A DNA stretch of 32,791 nucleotides from Octopus bimaculoides (GCF_001194135.2 NC_068992.1:58625382-58658172), one strand, 5' to 3'; positions 13,231-24,515 are shown, counted from the stretch's first letter. Notes: generated from the letters alone by a model not told the origin. A program made the numbers and translations.

Positions 13231-13761
13231 AAAATATATATATAATATATATATATATAGGTTTGTACCTCACCAGTCGTAATCGACTTGCCCCTCTTCT
13301 GAAAAAGAGAAATAATCACAATTATCATTGTTGTTATTTTGTGTTGTTTTTGTTGCTGACAGTGTTGTTGCTATTATTGTTGTTATTTATTTCATTCAGT
13401 CAGTACCTCGTCGTTCTCCTGATATAAGATTGCTACATATCAATGCTTGCTATAGAAGCAACCGTCTATAGCAAACATCTTTCTTTTTGTTCTGAGTTTT
13501 CAGTAAAGCTGAGACACCAGAGAGGTCTCTACGTCTCGTGAGGAAGAGGACAGTGGAGTGTGTCTCTTGACCACTGTTACTAGCACACCAGCTGCAGTAA
13601 ACACAATGACAGTGGCTGTCGCATTAGTATCAACACCAATAAAAAAATAAAGACAACAACATCTACTGCAGATATACACCAAAAGACTCACGAAAAAATA
13701 TTCCTACAACAAAAAAAACCTCAGAAAATGTATGGTTAAGGAGCACGACAATGTAGCACGC

Positions 13762-14150
13762 ATGTTTATATATTCGGTGATGATCAAACTCGAATAACCA
13801 GAAGCTAAGTGATCGATTGTCTCTACATAATCACTGTATATACTGAAGTTATTTTTATTTTAAGTTCTGCATCATTGCATACTGGTTGGTAAGTACTGAA
13901 GAAGAAGAAGAAGAAGAAGAAGAAGAAGAAGAAGAAGAAGAAGAAGAAGAAGAAGAAGAAGAAGAAGAAGAAGAAGAAGAAGAAGAAGATTCACAAATAA
14001 ATAAAGAAATAAATAAACTTTGATCTTGTGCAGTGATCAGGAACCGTTCAGTCTCTACTTTGAGTAACCTAAACAAGTAATGAGTTTTGCTTGATCTACT
14101 TCCGATCCACTCAGTATTTCCGATCAATGATCGCGTAATGACTTAGCTTT
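13762..14150 (-). mobile_element. R4/Dong-type LINE relic (post-RT region + zinc knuckle), interrupted by (GAA)n
   Basis: Minus strand EVDQAK-THYLFRLLKVETERFLITAQDQSL, then a microsatellite, then VLTNQY and ETIDHLASGYSSL..TEY. The LKxETE...AQDQ motif followed by an ETxxHxxSGC-type knuckle is typical of this group. Confidence 0.72.
13900..13989 (+). repeat. (GAA)n microsatellite
   Basis: Read directly, about 30 units. Confidence 0.98.
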
Positions 14151-14349
14151 GCAATCACTTTAACATAATCTTTTGCCTTTTGTTTTCTAATTATATTTTC
14201 TGTTTCTATTTAATATCTTGTGTTTAGGATTTGATACACACTTCACGGTCGCCTGGTGCTTTAGGTACTCATTGATAATTATTGACTTGTTTGAACATGG
14301 AAAACAACTTTTTATCATGTCCGTTTTCTGTTATTATTTTTAACTGTTA

Positions 14350-14547
14350 AAGGCGACGAACTGGTAGAATCGTTAGTCTGCTGTAAAAGATATTTAGCAG
14401 CATTTCTTCCGGTTCTTTACGTTCTAAGTTCAAATTCTGCCGAGGTCAGCTTTGCTTTTAAGCCTCTCGAGGTCGGTAAAATAAGTATTAATTGAGCACT
14501 GTGATCACTGTAATCGAGGGCACCTTGGGTAAGTGTCTTCTACAACG
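14350..14547 (+). mobile_element. SINE family B copy joined to a short family A CORE-like fragment
   Basis: AAGGCGACGAACTGGTAGAATCGTTAG...AAGTTCAAATTCTGCCGAGGTC...GGTAAAATAAGTA to ~14518, then GGCACCTTGGGTAAGTGTCTTCTAC. Confidence 0.78.
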
Positions 14548-15316
14548 AATTGCTTAATGCCTGGAATATGTGCGTATGTGTGTGTCTATGCTTATCTCTC
14601 TGTATGTTTGTACACACATACAAACACACATGCATATATATATAAAGTGTTTGTGTATGTGTCCATGAGCGTGTGTGTGGGTGTGTTATCGCTCGTGGAG
14701 TGTATATATCGCTCTTAAAATATATGTATGTATACAAATACATAAATACTTATATATGTATATATATAAACATACACACATACATATATATTTAAGCACA
14801 CGCACACAGTACACATGCGCATACATACTTTTATGTGTGTGTGTGTGTGTATTTGTGTGTGTGTACATGTCTTGATGTGTGGTGTAGATAAATGTTTCAA
14901 TGTATATGTATGTAACTGAGGTTCTTTGTGTGTTTTTTTTTATATTAGATCTTGGCACGTTAGACGTTTGGCGAAATGATGTTATGTGTGGATCGAGGTG
15001 CTATGGATAGTGTATGAATGTACGTGTGTACGTGTGTCTGTGTTGGGTGTATATGCGTGTTAGAGTATGTGTATGAACGTATGTGCCTACGTATGTGTAC
15101 TTATGTGCGCGTATGCATTTTTTCTGTGTGTGTATGTGTGTGTTTGTGTTTCTGTGTGTCTGTATGTGTATACAAGTGGGTGTGAGGTGAGGCAAACAGA
15201 CAGACCTCCGGTTAGAAAATGGCGTATTTATTTAACACCTGTGAGATAGATGTCGCTGTAATCGGAGAGTAAGCAATGACAATGATAGGTTTAACTCCCG
15301 GGTGACACTGTGAGCG

Positions 15317-15353
<37 letters not shown>

Positions 15354-15737
15354 ATGTTTAGATAACTTCATTTCGCGATGAAAGATAACGAAGTGGATGG
15401 TTTTGGTGATTATATTGTCTTGTAATAATGTATTGTTCGTTTGTTTGTTGTTATTGTTGTATCCGTTCTTATTGTATTTGTTGTTATTGTATTCGCTATT
15501 ATTATTGTTTGTTGTCGTTTTTATTGTATTTGTTTGCTATTGTTGTTGTCGTCATCGTCGTTGTTTTTGCTTAACCCCGGATTTCCAGCCGTGACCCTCG
15601 CATCTTTTTAAACGAACACTACAGCCACATAACAAAGCATTATCTAATTTTTCCCTTGCTTCTCTCAGACAGCAGGGTGTCTTATTCGAGGTGGATTGCG
15701 CTACTGTTTCTAGCAATAAAATGTAACATCTTTTATC

Positions 15738-15826
15738 TTTTACTTGTTTGAGTCATATGACTGCGGCCATGCTGGAGCACTGCCTTGAAATTTTAGTCGA
15801 ATGTATCGACCCCAGTATTTACTTTT
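15738..15826 (-). mobile_element. SINE family A 3' tail abutting the Tc1 relic
   Basis: TTTTACTTGTTTGAGTCATATGACTGCGGCCATGCTGGAGCAC...TTTAGTCGAATGTATCGACCCCAGT. Confidence 0.88.
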
Positions 15827-15833
15827 TTCAAAG

Positions 15834-16323
15834 AATGTCATTTTCTCGGACGAGTGATCCTTTCCTTTATTTCCGACCACCGGCCGAGTATACGTGTGGA
15901 GACAGCCAAAAGAAGCATTTAACCCAGACTGCCTTCTTCCAACTGTTAAACATGGAGGAGGATCTGTGATGATCTGGGTGGGGGGGGGGCTATGTCTTGC
16001 AAACCCGTCAGCCCAATGGCTTCCCTTCATGGCAGAATTAATAGTCAAGACTAAACATTTTTATCTGATCAGATTCATCCTATGGTTGCAGAGCTGTTTC
16101 CAGAGGGAAACACAATCTTTTAGGATGATAATGCAACAATTCACACAGTTAAAGTTGTTACTGAATGATACGAGGAACATTCTAGTGAAGTTGAACATCT
16201 TATCTGGCCACCCCAGTCCCCAGATCTCAATATTATTGAATATTCATGGTGGGTGCCTTTTAGAAAAACAAGTAAGAAGTCGATATCTTCCAGCATTATC
16301 ACTGCAAGAACTGGAGACTGTTT
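15834..16323 (+). pseudogene. Tc1-family DDE transposase catalytic domain, part 1
   Basis: NVIFSDE*SF..FPTTGRVYVWRQPKEAFNPDCLLPTVKHGGGSVMIW, LHGRINSQD, DQIHPMVAELFPEGNTIF*DDNA, IWPPQSPDLNIIE, LEKQVRSRY..LQELETV. All three catalytic motifs are present; frameshifts and stops disrupt the ORF. Confidence 0.95.
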
Positions 16324-17220
16324 GGATCTTTTTGGTTTGACGGGCAACATTTTTCATTTATGTTTTATGTAGTGTTTTTAGTACCGAAACACTTTCAAAC
16401 TTCGAATACTTGTATATTTTGTGTTATAGAACAGATAAAAAATTTTGTATTCGAAGTTATTCCATGTAAAAAATTGTTGTATTTCGGTAATTTCAACCAG
16501 TCACTGACGTCTATTGAGATGAAAACAATTACGCCGTGGAATGTAAACAACAGTGTCATGGGATCTTTTCCCTTGAATAAAATTAGTGCCGTTGTTTGTC
16601 AACAACAACTATCCGTTGTCAACAACAACTATCAACGGTATATATTTCGTTTGTCACTGTTATTTATGACATCGTTCATGCGTTTGTACTGGTTTTAGCT
16701 TTAGGGTTTTAGGGTTAGGGTTCGGGTTTTAGAGTTAGAGTTAGTTTTAGGATTACGGTTAGGGTTATGATTATTTTTACCATAACCTCACTCATAACCT
16801 TAACCCTAACCCTAAAACCCTAAAACCCTATAACTCATAACCATAACCCTAACCCTAACCCTAACCCCAACCCTAACCCTAAAACCCTAACCCTAACTCT
16901 AAAACCCGAACCCTAAACCTAAAACCCTAAACCCTCATTAGGGAATAATGATATAATTAAGCAGGGAATAACACACTTGACACCGGCAAAAATTTATTGT
17001 TTACAAAAGAGCACTAACTGTATTCAGCTGAATAGACGTCAGTGATTGGTTGAAATTACAGAAATACGACAACTTTAACATGAAATAACTTGCGATGTAC
17101 AATTTTTTGTTAAGAAGGCTAAGAGAAAAAGATGTTTTATATGACACATTCTACCAGTGTCCCAAGTTTGAAAGTGTTTCGATAAGAAAACAAGTGTTGC
17201 CCGTCAAACCAAAAAGATCC
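16324..17220. mobile_element. 897-bp non-autonomous TIR element (MITE-like; Merlin-like by GG termini + 8-bp TSD)
   Basis: Perfect 26-bp TIR GGATCTTTTTGGTTTGACGGGCAACA (16324-16349; reverse complement at 17195-17220) and exact TSD GACTGTTT (16316-16323, 17221-17228). Imperfect subterminal inverted blocks CGAAACACTTTCAAACTT and GTAATTTCAACCA-TCACTGACGTCTATT. Confidence 0.92.
16691..16935. repeat. Head-to-head degenerate telomere-type repeats: (TTAGGG/TTTTAGGG)n then (CCCTAA/CCCTAAAA)n
   Basis: G-rich arm about 16691-16769, short AT spacer, C-rich arm about 16781-16935. Confidence 0.93.
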
Positions 17221-17328
17221 GACTGTTTTAGCGGAAGAATGGACAAAAATTCCTTTGGAAACAATTCAAACTTTGTACGATTCCATACCTCGTAGAATTC
17301 AAGCTGTAATTACTGCCAAAGGCATCCT
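17221..17328 (+). pseudogene. Tc1-family transposase C-terminus, part 2
   Basis: After removing the insertion the frame reads ELETVLAEEWTKIPLETIQTLYDSIPRRIQAVITAKG, a canonical Tc1 C-terminal motif. It runs into an N-gap. Confidence 0.93.
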
Positions 17329-17679
17329 NNNNNNNNNNNNNNNNNNNNNNNNNNNNNNNNNNNNNNNNNNNNNNNNNNNNNNNNNNNNNNNNNNNNNNNN
17401 NNNNNNNNNNNNNNNNNNNNNNNNNNNNNNNNNNNNNNNNNNNNNNNNNNNNNNNNNNNNNNNNNNNNNNNNNNNNNNNNNNNNNNNNNNNNNNNNNNNN
17501 NNNNNNNNNNNNNNNNNNNNNNNNNNNNNNNNNNNNNNNNNNNNNNNNNNNNNNNNNNNNNNNNNNNNNNNNNNNNNNNNNNNNNNNNNNNNNNNNNNNN
17601 NNNNNNNNNNNNNNNNNNNNNNNNNNNNNNNNNNNNNNNNNNNNNNNNNNNNNNNNNNNNNNNNNNNNNNNNNNNNNNN

Positions 17680-17721
<42 letters not shown>

Positions 17722-18333
17722 TGTGAGTCATGCAGTATAATAGACAGTAAAACTATAGCATCGGTTCACACTTTTTATATTTTGTGCTGTTTCGATGAGC
17801 ATCTCTAAAATAGCTTCCTATGATGCTTTCTTTTTTCTTCATTCAGCTAATCAAAACCTACCCGTCTATAGCACACGTGATACCAAAACTAACAAATAAA
17901 TAAATAACAAAAAATACAACTTAAAGGAAAAAAAAATTAATAAAATAAAGAAACAAAAAACAGTACAAACAATAGCAGCAAGCAAAGCAGAAAACAAAAC
18001 AAGAGAAAAATGTTTTAAAAAATATGGCGGAGATACGCTTGCGGTGTTAGCAATAGAAGATTGTGACATACGCGAATTATATGACGCGTTAGATATAGAT
18101 AATGTGTCATATAACTTTGATTATGCATGATATCTACCTTAATATATACATATAAATACATAAATACAGGAATACTTATATACTTACAGGCATGTATCTA
18201 TGTATGTGTGTGAGTGTCTGTGCGTGTGTTATAAGTACAAGCATATGTGTCAATGTAATTATATAGATTTGTATAGATGCATACATAGACATGTATGTAT
18301 GTATGTATGTATTCATGTAGGTATATATGCATG

Positions 18334-18368
<35 letters not shown>

Positions 18369-18372
<4 letters not shown>

Positions 18373-18566
18373 AGAAACAGGAAGTAAGAGTGAGAGAAAG
18401 TTGTGATGGAAGAGTAGAGCAGGGTTCGCCACCATCCCCTGCCGGAGCCTCGTGGAGCTTTAGATGATTTCGCTCAATAAACACACACAACGCCCGGTTT
18501 GGGAATCGAAACCGCGATCCTATGACCGCGAATCCGCTGCCTAATCACTGGGCCATTGCGCCTCCA
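18369..18566 (-). mobile_element. SINE family C, 5' part with tRNA-like head
   Basis: Minus strand TGGAGGCGCAATGGCCCAGTGATTAGG (A-box-like), GGTTTCGATTCCC (B-box-like), then CCACGAGGCTCCGGCAGGGGATGGTGGCGAACCCTGC, shared with 10760. Confidence 0.88.
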
Positions 18567-18705
18567 CGGAGCTAGATAATACTAGCTGTAAAATAACTGA
18601 AACACTTCGGTTAGAAATTGAACTTATGCTAAAGAATCAGCTCAACGCGATCACTCTAACAACATTTTACAGAGCTCATGCTTGTATTATTATAAGCATC
18701 GGAAA

Positions 18706-18880
18706 AAGTGACGAGCCGGCAGAGCCGTTGGCACGCCGGACAAAACCGTTAGCGGCATTTCTTTCGGCTTCTGCGTCCTGAATTCAAATTTTGCTGCAGT
18801 CTGCTTTGCTCCTCATCCTTTCGGACTCGATAAAATAAGTACCAGTTGAACACTGGAGTCGATGCAATCAACTTACCCTC
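18706..18880 (+). mobile_element. SINE family B
   Basis: GAGCCGGCAGAGCCGTTGGCACGCCGG...GAATTCAAATTTT...CTCATCCTTTCGGACTCGATAAAATAAGTACCAGTTG. Confidence 0.85.
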
Positions 18881-19587
18881 TGACTATAAAACTGCCGACG
18901 AAACCTGAAACCATTATAATCGTGGGAAATTGTATTTTGAAAACTATGAATGATAAAATAATATGAATGAATTCAACCCAAACTCACTCTCTCTCCCCAC
19001 CTCTGACACACACACACACACGCACACTATAAAATTACTCCTTTCCATTGCTATGTCACACTCGCTGTAACCATCTCCATCCTCCCATATTATTTGTATT
19101 GCTTGGTATTCCTTACTCATAGCGTCTTCCGTTAAGTAATTATATCCTCTTATCGACAATCTCGTGAAATATTCCATTTTTATTTTCCATAGAGCTTTAT
19201 TGAATTACTATATCTTATGATAGCGTATTCGAAACCTTCCACAACAACACCACATTTTGTGGGTTATTTTTCTTTTGTCTTTCTGGGCTTATTATGTTCC
19301 TATATACTAGTCTGTTTCTTTGTTTTGTTTGTATGATGTTTGGTGGCTTTAAATATTTTATTATTTTAGTTTATTTACTTACCTGTTTATCTTCAATCTA
19401 GAATGTCAGCTTTTCTTATCTGTAACCACAATCGTGTATGTATGTATGTATGTATGTATGTATGCATGCATGCATGCATGTATGTATGTATGTATATATA
19501 CACGCACACAAATACATATCAACATGAATATACATACGCATGCACACAACACACACACACACACGTATGCATTTAAGTACATATACA

Positions 19588-19847
19588 TTTATCTATCTAT
19601 CTATCTATCTATCTATATATATATATATATATATATACTTACACACACACACACACACACATACACACACACGCATATGTATGTATGTATGTATGCATGT
19701 ATTGTACAAATGNNNNNNNNNNTTTATCTATCTATCTATCTATCTATCTATATATATATATATATATATATACTTACACACACACACACACACACATACA
19801 CACACACGCATATGTATGTATGTATGTATGCATGTATTGTACAAATG
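19588..19847. other. 125-bp duplication flanking a 10-N gap (probable assembly overlap artefact)
   Basis: 19588-19712 and 19723-19847 appear identical, including microsatellite lengths. Confidence 0.85.
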
Positions 19848-20115
19848 AACAATGCTCACTCTTTATCAGACGGTCACAAATATTTCTATTTAAATGCAAT
19901 CGAAGTTAACCTTGTAACCTTTGGGTTAACCGCTCCACCAATATATACCAACACGAAGAATTTCGGATACCTAAATCCGCCATTTTTTTTTTTTTGCGTA
20001 GTTATAGTAGTCATGTAGTGATGTTTTTTTTATTTATTTCTCTTTTCAAGTGTAGTACCTCAAGAAATCATTAATAGTGCAAAAGGTGTCACATTGCCAT
20101 CTCCACTCCCCGCCT

Positions 20116-20175
<60 letters not shown>

Positions 20176-20379
20176 GAGATGTTTACCTTAAAACAATTGG
20201 CTGTGTGGGGAAAGCAGTATAAGGCTGATGCACTGTACCCCGTGTGGTGAATCTTTGAATGTGGGATCTAACCCCACTCCCAGTTAGAGATGGGTATGGA
20301 ATATCTGCATTACTGAACCTACAGATCGTATGTAGTTGCTCCACCGGTTATCAATGTGTCAGAGGCCCACAAGCTCAAC

Positions 20380-20519
20380 CAGTGGCGTAGCCAGAGTACA
20401 TGTCACCCGGGGTAGCCCTTGAGCTTTCTACCGCGATTCAAACCTATACAGGCTTATGCAGCAGACCTAGATGTATCACCGAGGCGGATCGCCCCCTTCC
20501 CCGCCATCTGACACCACTC
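20380..20519. mobile_element. Possible degenerate hAT-type MITE
   Basis: Left end CAGTGGCGTAGCCAG and right end TCTGACACCACTC are imperfectly inverted, with GC-rich subterminal TCACCCGGGG and TCACCGAGGCGG. No TSD match. Confidence 0.35.
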
Positions 20520-20589
20520 ATCCCATTGCCCTCGTCCTCGCCTTTCCTCGCTCTTCCTTGACCCCCTCAGTGACACAACGGCAACGATG

Positions 20590-20830
20590 CATTCTAATCA
20601 TTTGAACCAACCTCATGTGCGATTAACTCTTGTTTTATAAACCAATGACGTTCAAAACAGACTTACGACCGACAATTCAAAGAATCGGAATTAATTACTG
20701 CAACGCACATAGTCTACGGTGTTAATGTTTCATTCACGCCGCTCCACTACCCTCATATTGTCGTAGAATGCTCGAAATGAGGAGTAGATAGACAGCCGAC
20801 AACTGATAAGGGGTCCCTTTGCGTTAATTT
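20590..20830 (+). mobile_element. Possible Penelope-like element 3' relic (GIY-YIG C-terminus)
   Basis: NHLNQPH...RQFKESELI..THIVYGVN resembles the HFN...KE..LI...P.GLN pattern, followed by CTCGAAA and CTGATAAGGGG motifs. Confidence 0.35.
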
Positions 20831-21625
20831 GTCCTGTTTTCCATTTTTTTCTCGTTTACGTATTTCACTCGTATTTCCCTCGTATCTTTACGTATTTCAT
20901 GTTATTTGCACCGTTAGTGACGTCCTGTTCCCATATATGCATGTATATTAATATATTCGTGGTGGTGGTGGTGGTGGTGATGGATCGCTTTGTCACAAGG
21001 GTCGAAAACATTTAGGATAAGACCACATGACAAAGGAAAGTAGGGATTTATACATGCCTGTGTAAAAATTAAGCAATAACGATCAACAAGAAAACTTAGA
21101 AGAAAAAAAAAAAACTTCCTCGGTGTAGGGGTGTACTACTCAGGGACAACCCAGGTAAGCCACCGATCCTGGGTTAGCATAAGCTGCCGTGGGTACCCAT
21201 CACAGAGAGGTATCCTTTCTCTCTTCCACTCACCCCAGCTTGCCAGGATGCAAACTCAGAGCAGGCCGACTCACTCGGACAGAGGAAAACTGACCACCTT
21301 GTCCGGCTGAGACGTTGAATATATTTGCTCTGCTACTTTTAGGGAAGAAGTGGGGTTGTTTTTTTTTAAAATTGTGACGTCACAGTCGCGTGGGAATCAA
21401 ACGGGAGACGAAGATATATATATGTGGGTGGTAAAAAAAAAAGGAAAAGAAGAAAGAAAAAGAGAAAATTGTCAACACAAAAAGATAAAAACAAATAAAG
21501 ATAAATAAATGAAAATATCTTTATAAACACTGTGGTAGTCCCTGTTCTCTCAATTGCTCACTAAACATTGATCCTTCCAGGTTACTGTCTTCATCTAGCG
21601 CTTGTAAATTATTATTATTATTATT

Positions 21626-21660
<35 letters not shown>

Positions 21661-21735
21661 AGTTGTATCTTGCCTTGTCGTGGTCAATAGGATTTTACGT
21701 GGGAAATTACTAATTATTTTGGTTGCTGATAATAC

Positions 21736-21778
<43 letters not shown>

Positions 21779-21845
21779 CAAACATACATACATATACATA
21801 TATATATATTTGTATGTACATATATGTACATGCATGCAAGCATGT

Positions 21846-21887
<42 letters not shown>

Positions 21888-22379
21888 ACAATGCATACAC
21901 ACATATATATAAGAAGAGAAAGAAAGAGAACCCTATGTAAACTAACGATTTTAAAGATTGAAAGCACGCAGATCAGACGGAAGGATAATACGAGGTGTGG
22001 GCTGTTTAGATAAATAAAATCAAATAGAGATAAAGTCGCCACACGACGGGGGTTATGTCTACAAGTTTCTGATATGCGCCATTTTCTGGGAACGACAGCT
22101 ATACACTTCTTGTATTCACCGTTGTGTCTTTGGTCAGAAAAAAAAAAAATTAGAAAATATAAAAAATAAAAACTGCCCGATCAACTGTTATCACCTGATG
22201 CAGGGTCCCTATGTCGTCGCTCAATCTGCAAGATATAGCAGCTAAATCTCTGTCAAGTTATACACTATTATCTTAGTTGGCTCACGTGATCTTGCGTTCA
22301 CTACATCTAGGATTAATATGAGATGGTCGTGGCTGGAATGAATTTGATATCATTAGTTTATTTGATCAGAGCTAACCTA

Positions 22380-22390
22380 AGGCTGTGAGA

Positions 22391-22432
<42 letters not shown>

Positions 22433-23030
22433 AAGAAAGAGAGTAGGAGGGAGAGATGGGAAAGAGAATTAAAGAAGGGAGAGATAGATAAGAGAGACGG
22501 AGATAAATAAGAGAAAGAGAAAGAAGAGTGAAATAGAGAAAAGAGAGGGAGACAGACAGACAGACAGACAAGCAGAGATGAAGAGAGAGANNNNNNNNNN
22601 NNNNNNNNNNNNNNNNNNNNNNNNNNNNNNNNNNNNNNNNNNNNNNNNNNNNNNNNNNNNNNNNNNNNNNNNNNNNNNNNNNNNNNNNNNNNNNNNNNNN
22701 NNNNNNNNNNNNNNNNNNNNNNNNNNNNNNNNNNNNNNNNNNNNNNNNNNNNNNNNNNNNNNNNNNNNNNNNNNNNNNNNNNNNNNNNNNNNNNNNNNNN
22801 NNNNNNNNNNNNNNNNNNNNNNNNNNNNNNNNNNNNNNNNNNNNNNNNNNNNNNNNNNNNNNNNNNNNNNNNNNAAGAGAGGATAGAGAACAAAATGAAA
22901 AGTGAGAGATATAGACATGAGGGAGAAAGCAGAGGGAGAAAAGAGAGAAGCTAAAATGAAAGACAGGCATAGATAGATGGACAGATAGATAGATAGACAG
23001 GAGGAAAGAGAGACGGGGAAGAGAAAAGTG
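22380..23030 (+). repeat. Purine-rich (GA)n/(GACA)n/(GATA)n tract spanning an N-gap
   Basis: Read directly. Confidence 0.9.
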
Positions 23031-23711
23031 CAGTTTTCCCCTTACTGATTTAATGTGACAACAGAAATCTCTGCCCGTCATTGGATTAAACAAACAAGCG
23101 TGCATTGAACAATACCGGTTGAAGATACACACTCATTCTGTCAACTTATTTTGTAACAGGTCTATCTCTCTCTCTTTTTTTGCTCCTGTGTTTCTATGTT
23201 TCTATGTTTCTTGTCCTTTATAATGATTTACAAATGTCTTTCTTTCATTCTTTGCTTTTTCTTTTGTTCTTTTATTACTCCCTTTCCTCGTTTCAAATCC
23301 CAGTATTCGGCCACATTGCAATGCTATCGGTTTCAACTGAGAAAACGATGATGAATAAAAGCTCAACTTGAATGCATGAAATGCTATTCAATAAATTCAC
23401 CAATTATAGGAAATGCTACCCTTAACAATATCATCATCTTAGTTATCCCTAGTCATCGTCATCATCGGCTCGTCATTTTCATCCTTTGGCGACTCTAGCC
23501 CAGATAGACCATACAACCCTTCTTCGGAGCTCAAATTCTGCATTACCATGCGGAGATTTCATAGTTCACATCCTCAATCTCCGGTGATGACATCTGGAAA
23601 GAAGAATTTGCGAGATTTCCACACTGTTTGGTCGAGGTGTTCGAAGGGTAAACGATGATTCTGCTTCTTCTTTTGGTCACTGTTTATGAGGCGATGGTTG
23701 TGGTGGTACCG

Positions 23712-23743
<32 letters not shown>

Positions 23744-24037
23744 TTGCTCAATTTGAAATTTACCATCATTGGAAAATATGAGAACAATTCAGTTTTTCCT
23801 TTCGCTTACGTTGTCTGGAGTGTAGAAGCAATGTCGTCTCTTGTCTTATACTTGTGTTTCCTCCTTGTGTTTATAGGGAACCTCTGCCAGTCAAGGTTCA
23901 CCATTTCCCAGCACACATGCACAGAACTGCTTCTACTGAAGAGATCCAATGAAACAGAAATAGTTTTTATATGAATATTAAGGACTCTATCATTAGATGA
24001 AAAACTAAAGAAAGGGAAACTTAATCAAGTAAATATA

Positions 24038-24515
24038 AGCACAGGTACGTATGCGGGGTTAAGAACCTACCCTTGCAACCATGCAATTTCAGGTTCAGTT
24101 CCACTACGCGGCAATTAGGACAGGTGTCTTCTACTATAGCTCCAGGCAGACCAGTGCTTTTCGAGTAAATTTCGTTGTCTGAAGCCGAGAGGAAAGCTGC
24201 CGTGTGTGTGTGTATGTGTGTGTGTGTGTGTGTGTATGTGTGTGTGTGTGTGCGTGCGTGCACGTGAGTGTGTGTGTGTATGTATGTATGTGTGGGTGCG
24301 TGCATGTGTGTGTGTGTGATTGTATTTTCTTTGTCCTCCGACCGTTTGACAACCAGAGTTGATGCGTTTAGGTCTCCGTAAGCCAGCGGTTCAGCAATAA
24401 AGATCGATGGACTATAAAAATTATAAGCACTAAGGTTGATTTGTACGAGTAAACCTCTGGAGGTGATGCTCCAGCAACGTCGCAATCCAATTGCTTGAAA
24501 TATGTAAACATAAAA
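24038..24515 (+). mobile_element. SINE family A, old full-length copy
   Basis: GCACAGG...GGTTCAGTTCCACTACGCGG...GTGTCTTCTACTATAGC, GT tract, TTTGACAACC...GGTGATGCTCCAGC...TGAAATATGTAAAC. Confidence 0.78.

Noticed and set aside
13443-13478. 13-bp imperfect inverted repeat, and a 14-bp palindrome CAACAACGTTGTTG at 25804-25817
   Set aside because: Isolated and short, with no Helitron CTRR end or TSD; compatible with chance.
13720-13765. Plus-strand KEHDNVARM resembling the RHD motif of REL-LINEs
   Set aside because: Too short, with no upstream knuckle or downstream REL on that strand.
16691-16935. Genuine telomere or ancestral chromosome-fusion site
   Set aside because: The cassette is enclosed by TIRs and a TSD inside a Tc1 ORF, and its arms share mirrored variants.
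18020-18035. YY1-like ATGGCG motifs (also ~1613, 15215, 19976, 22077)
   Set aside because: Short motifs expected by chance or from repeats; no supporting promoter context.
23440-23700. Coding-like or RTE-like segment on the minus strand
   Set aside because: Stops or unconvincing motif matches in all frames; cannot assign.
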